The notes under the pieces are model-generated. The model worked only from the letters and a program-made list of their open reading frames with translations, made no database searches and was not told where the DNA came from. Source: Pseudogymnoascus verrucosus (Eukaryota). Taken from it: a stretch of 64,000 nucleotides of DNA. Shown in pieces: positions 63,621 to 64,000 of the stretch (the first letter of the stretch is position 1; the number at the start of each line of letters is the position of its first letter). The translations under genes were made by a program, and so were the position numbers. The stretch lies in NCBI GenBank assembly GCA_001662655.1, contig KV460226.1. One strand, 5' to 3'.

Positions 63621-64000
63621 ACTCGGCACGCAGCGCAGTGCGGCGCGGCGCATGGCATGGCATGGCTGGCTGTGGTACCGTGTGGGTGCGTGCTGGAGCG
63701 AGGGAGGGGGAGGTGCGCGGACCGGGTGCGTGCGTGCGTGCGTGCGTGCGTGCGGGCTGGTGGGTTGGTGGGTTGGTGGGTGGTTGCGTGGCTGCGTGGG
63801 AGGGTAGGTGACAGCTCCGATTGTGGGTGGATGGGTGGTGGTGGGTGCAGGCTGGGCGCGGAGGGATGTATGGGGGGAAGCAAGGGAGGTGAGGAGGGAA
63901 AGCTTGAGTGCTTGTGTGATGCTTGGTTGGGGGATGTGCGGTGCGGGTGGGAGGTGGGTGGAAGGTATGATGCTTGGTGGAGGGTGAGTGATGCTTGGTG

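Noticed and set aside
60141..63883. Pro/His/Gly-rich ORFs
   Set aside because: They are artefacts of microsatellites and C/G-rich tracts.
1..64000. tRNA, 5S rRNA, intact transposon or Starship captain
   Set aside because: None was recognised by eye. tRNAscan-SE, Infernal and repeat searches would be needed to exclude short or degenerate copies.

Overview
Eukaryotic DNA from a filamentous ascomycete (Pezizomycotina), with short spliceosomal GT-AG introns and CTAAC-type branch points. It is not prokaryotic, and I found no CRISPR, rRNA or tRNA. The window has two halves. (A) 1-31.5 kb is an accessory-type metabolic island. It holds a compact 10-gene oxidative/hydrolytic cluster: aldehyde dehydrogenase, a stand-alone HisD/HpsN-like dehydrogenase, two SDRs, a CocE/NonD hydrolase, a cupin, an FAD monooxygenase fused to an acetoacetate-decarboxylase-like domain, an FAD-linked oxidase, an MFS transporter and a Zn2Cys6 regulator. 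Eight of these genes form four head-to-head pairs. Next to the cluster is a glycoside module: a sugar porter, a GH3 beta-glucosidase, and a divergent GH78 alpha-L-rhamnosidase / sugar porter pair in which both genes carry two reading-frame lesions. (B) After an AT-rich patch at ~32 kb come core-type genes: Stc1-domain protein, Ime2-like kinase, HSPA12-like Hsp70, two hypothetical proteins, RINGv E3 ligase, proteasome alpha-2, RCC1-like protein and Ypd1. Their intergenic regions are long and repeat-rich, and include a ~1.1 kb degenerate GGAAGGAACGACTGC array. Gene models were assembled by eye, so some exon boundaries are approximate, and all functional calls rest on motif recognition without database searches.
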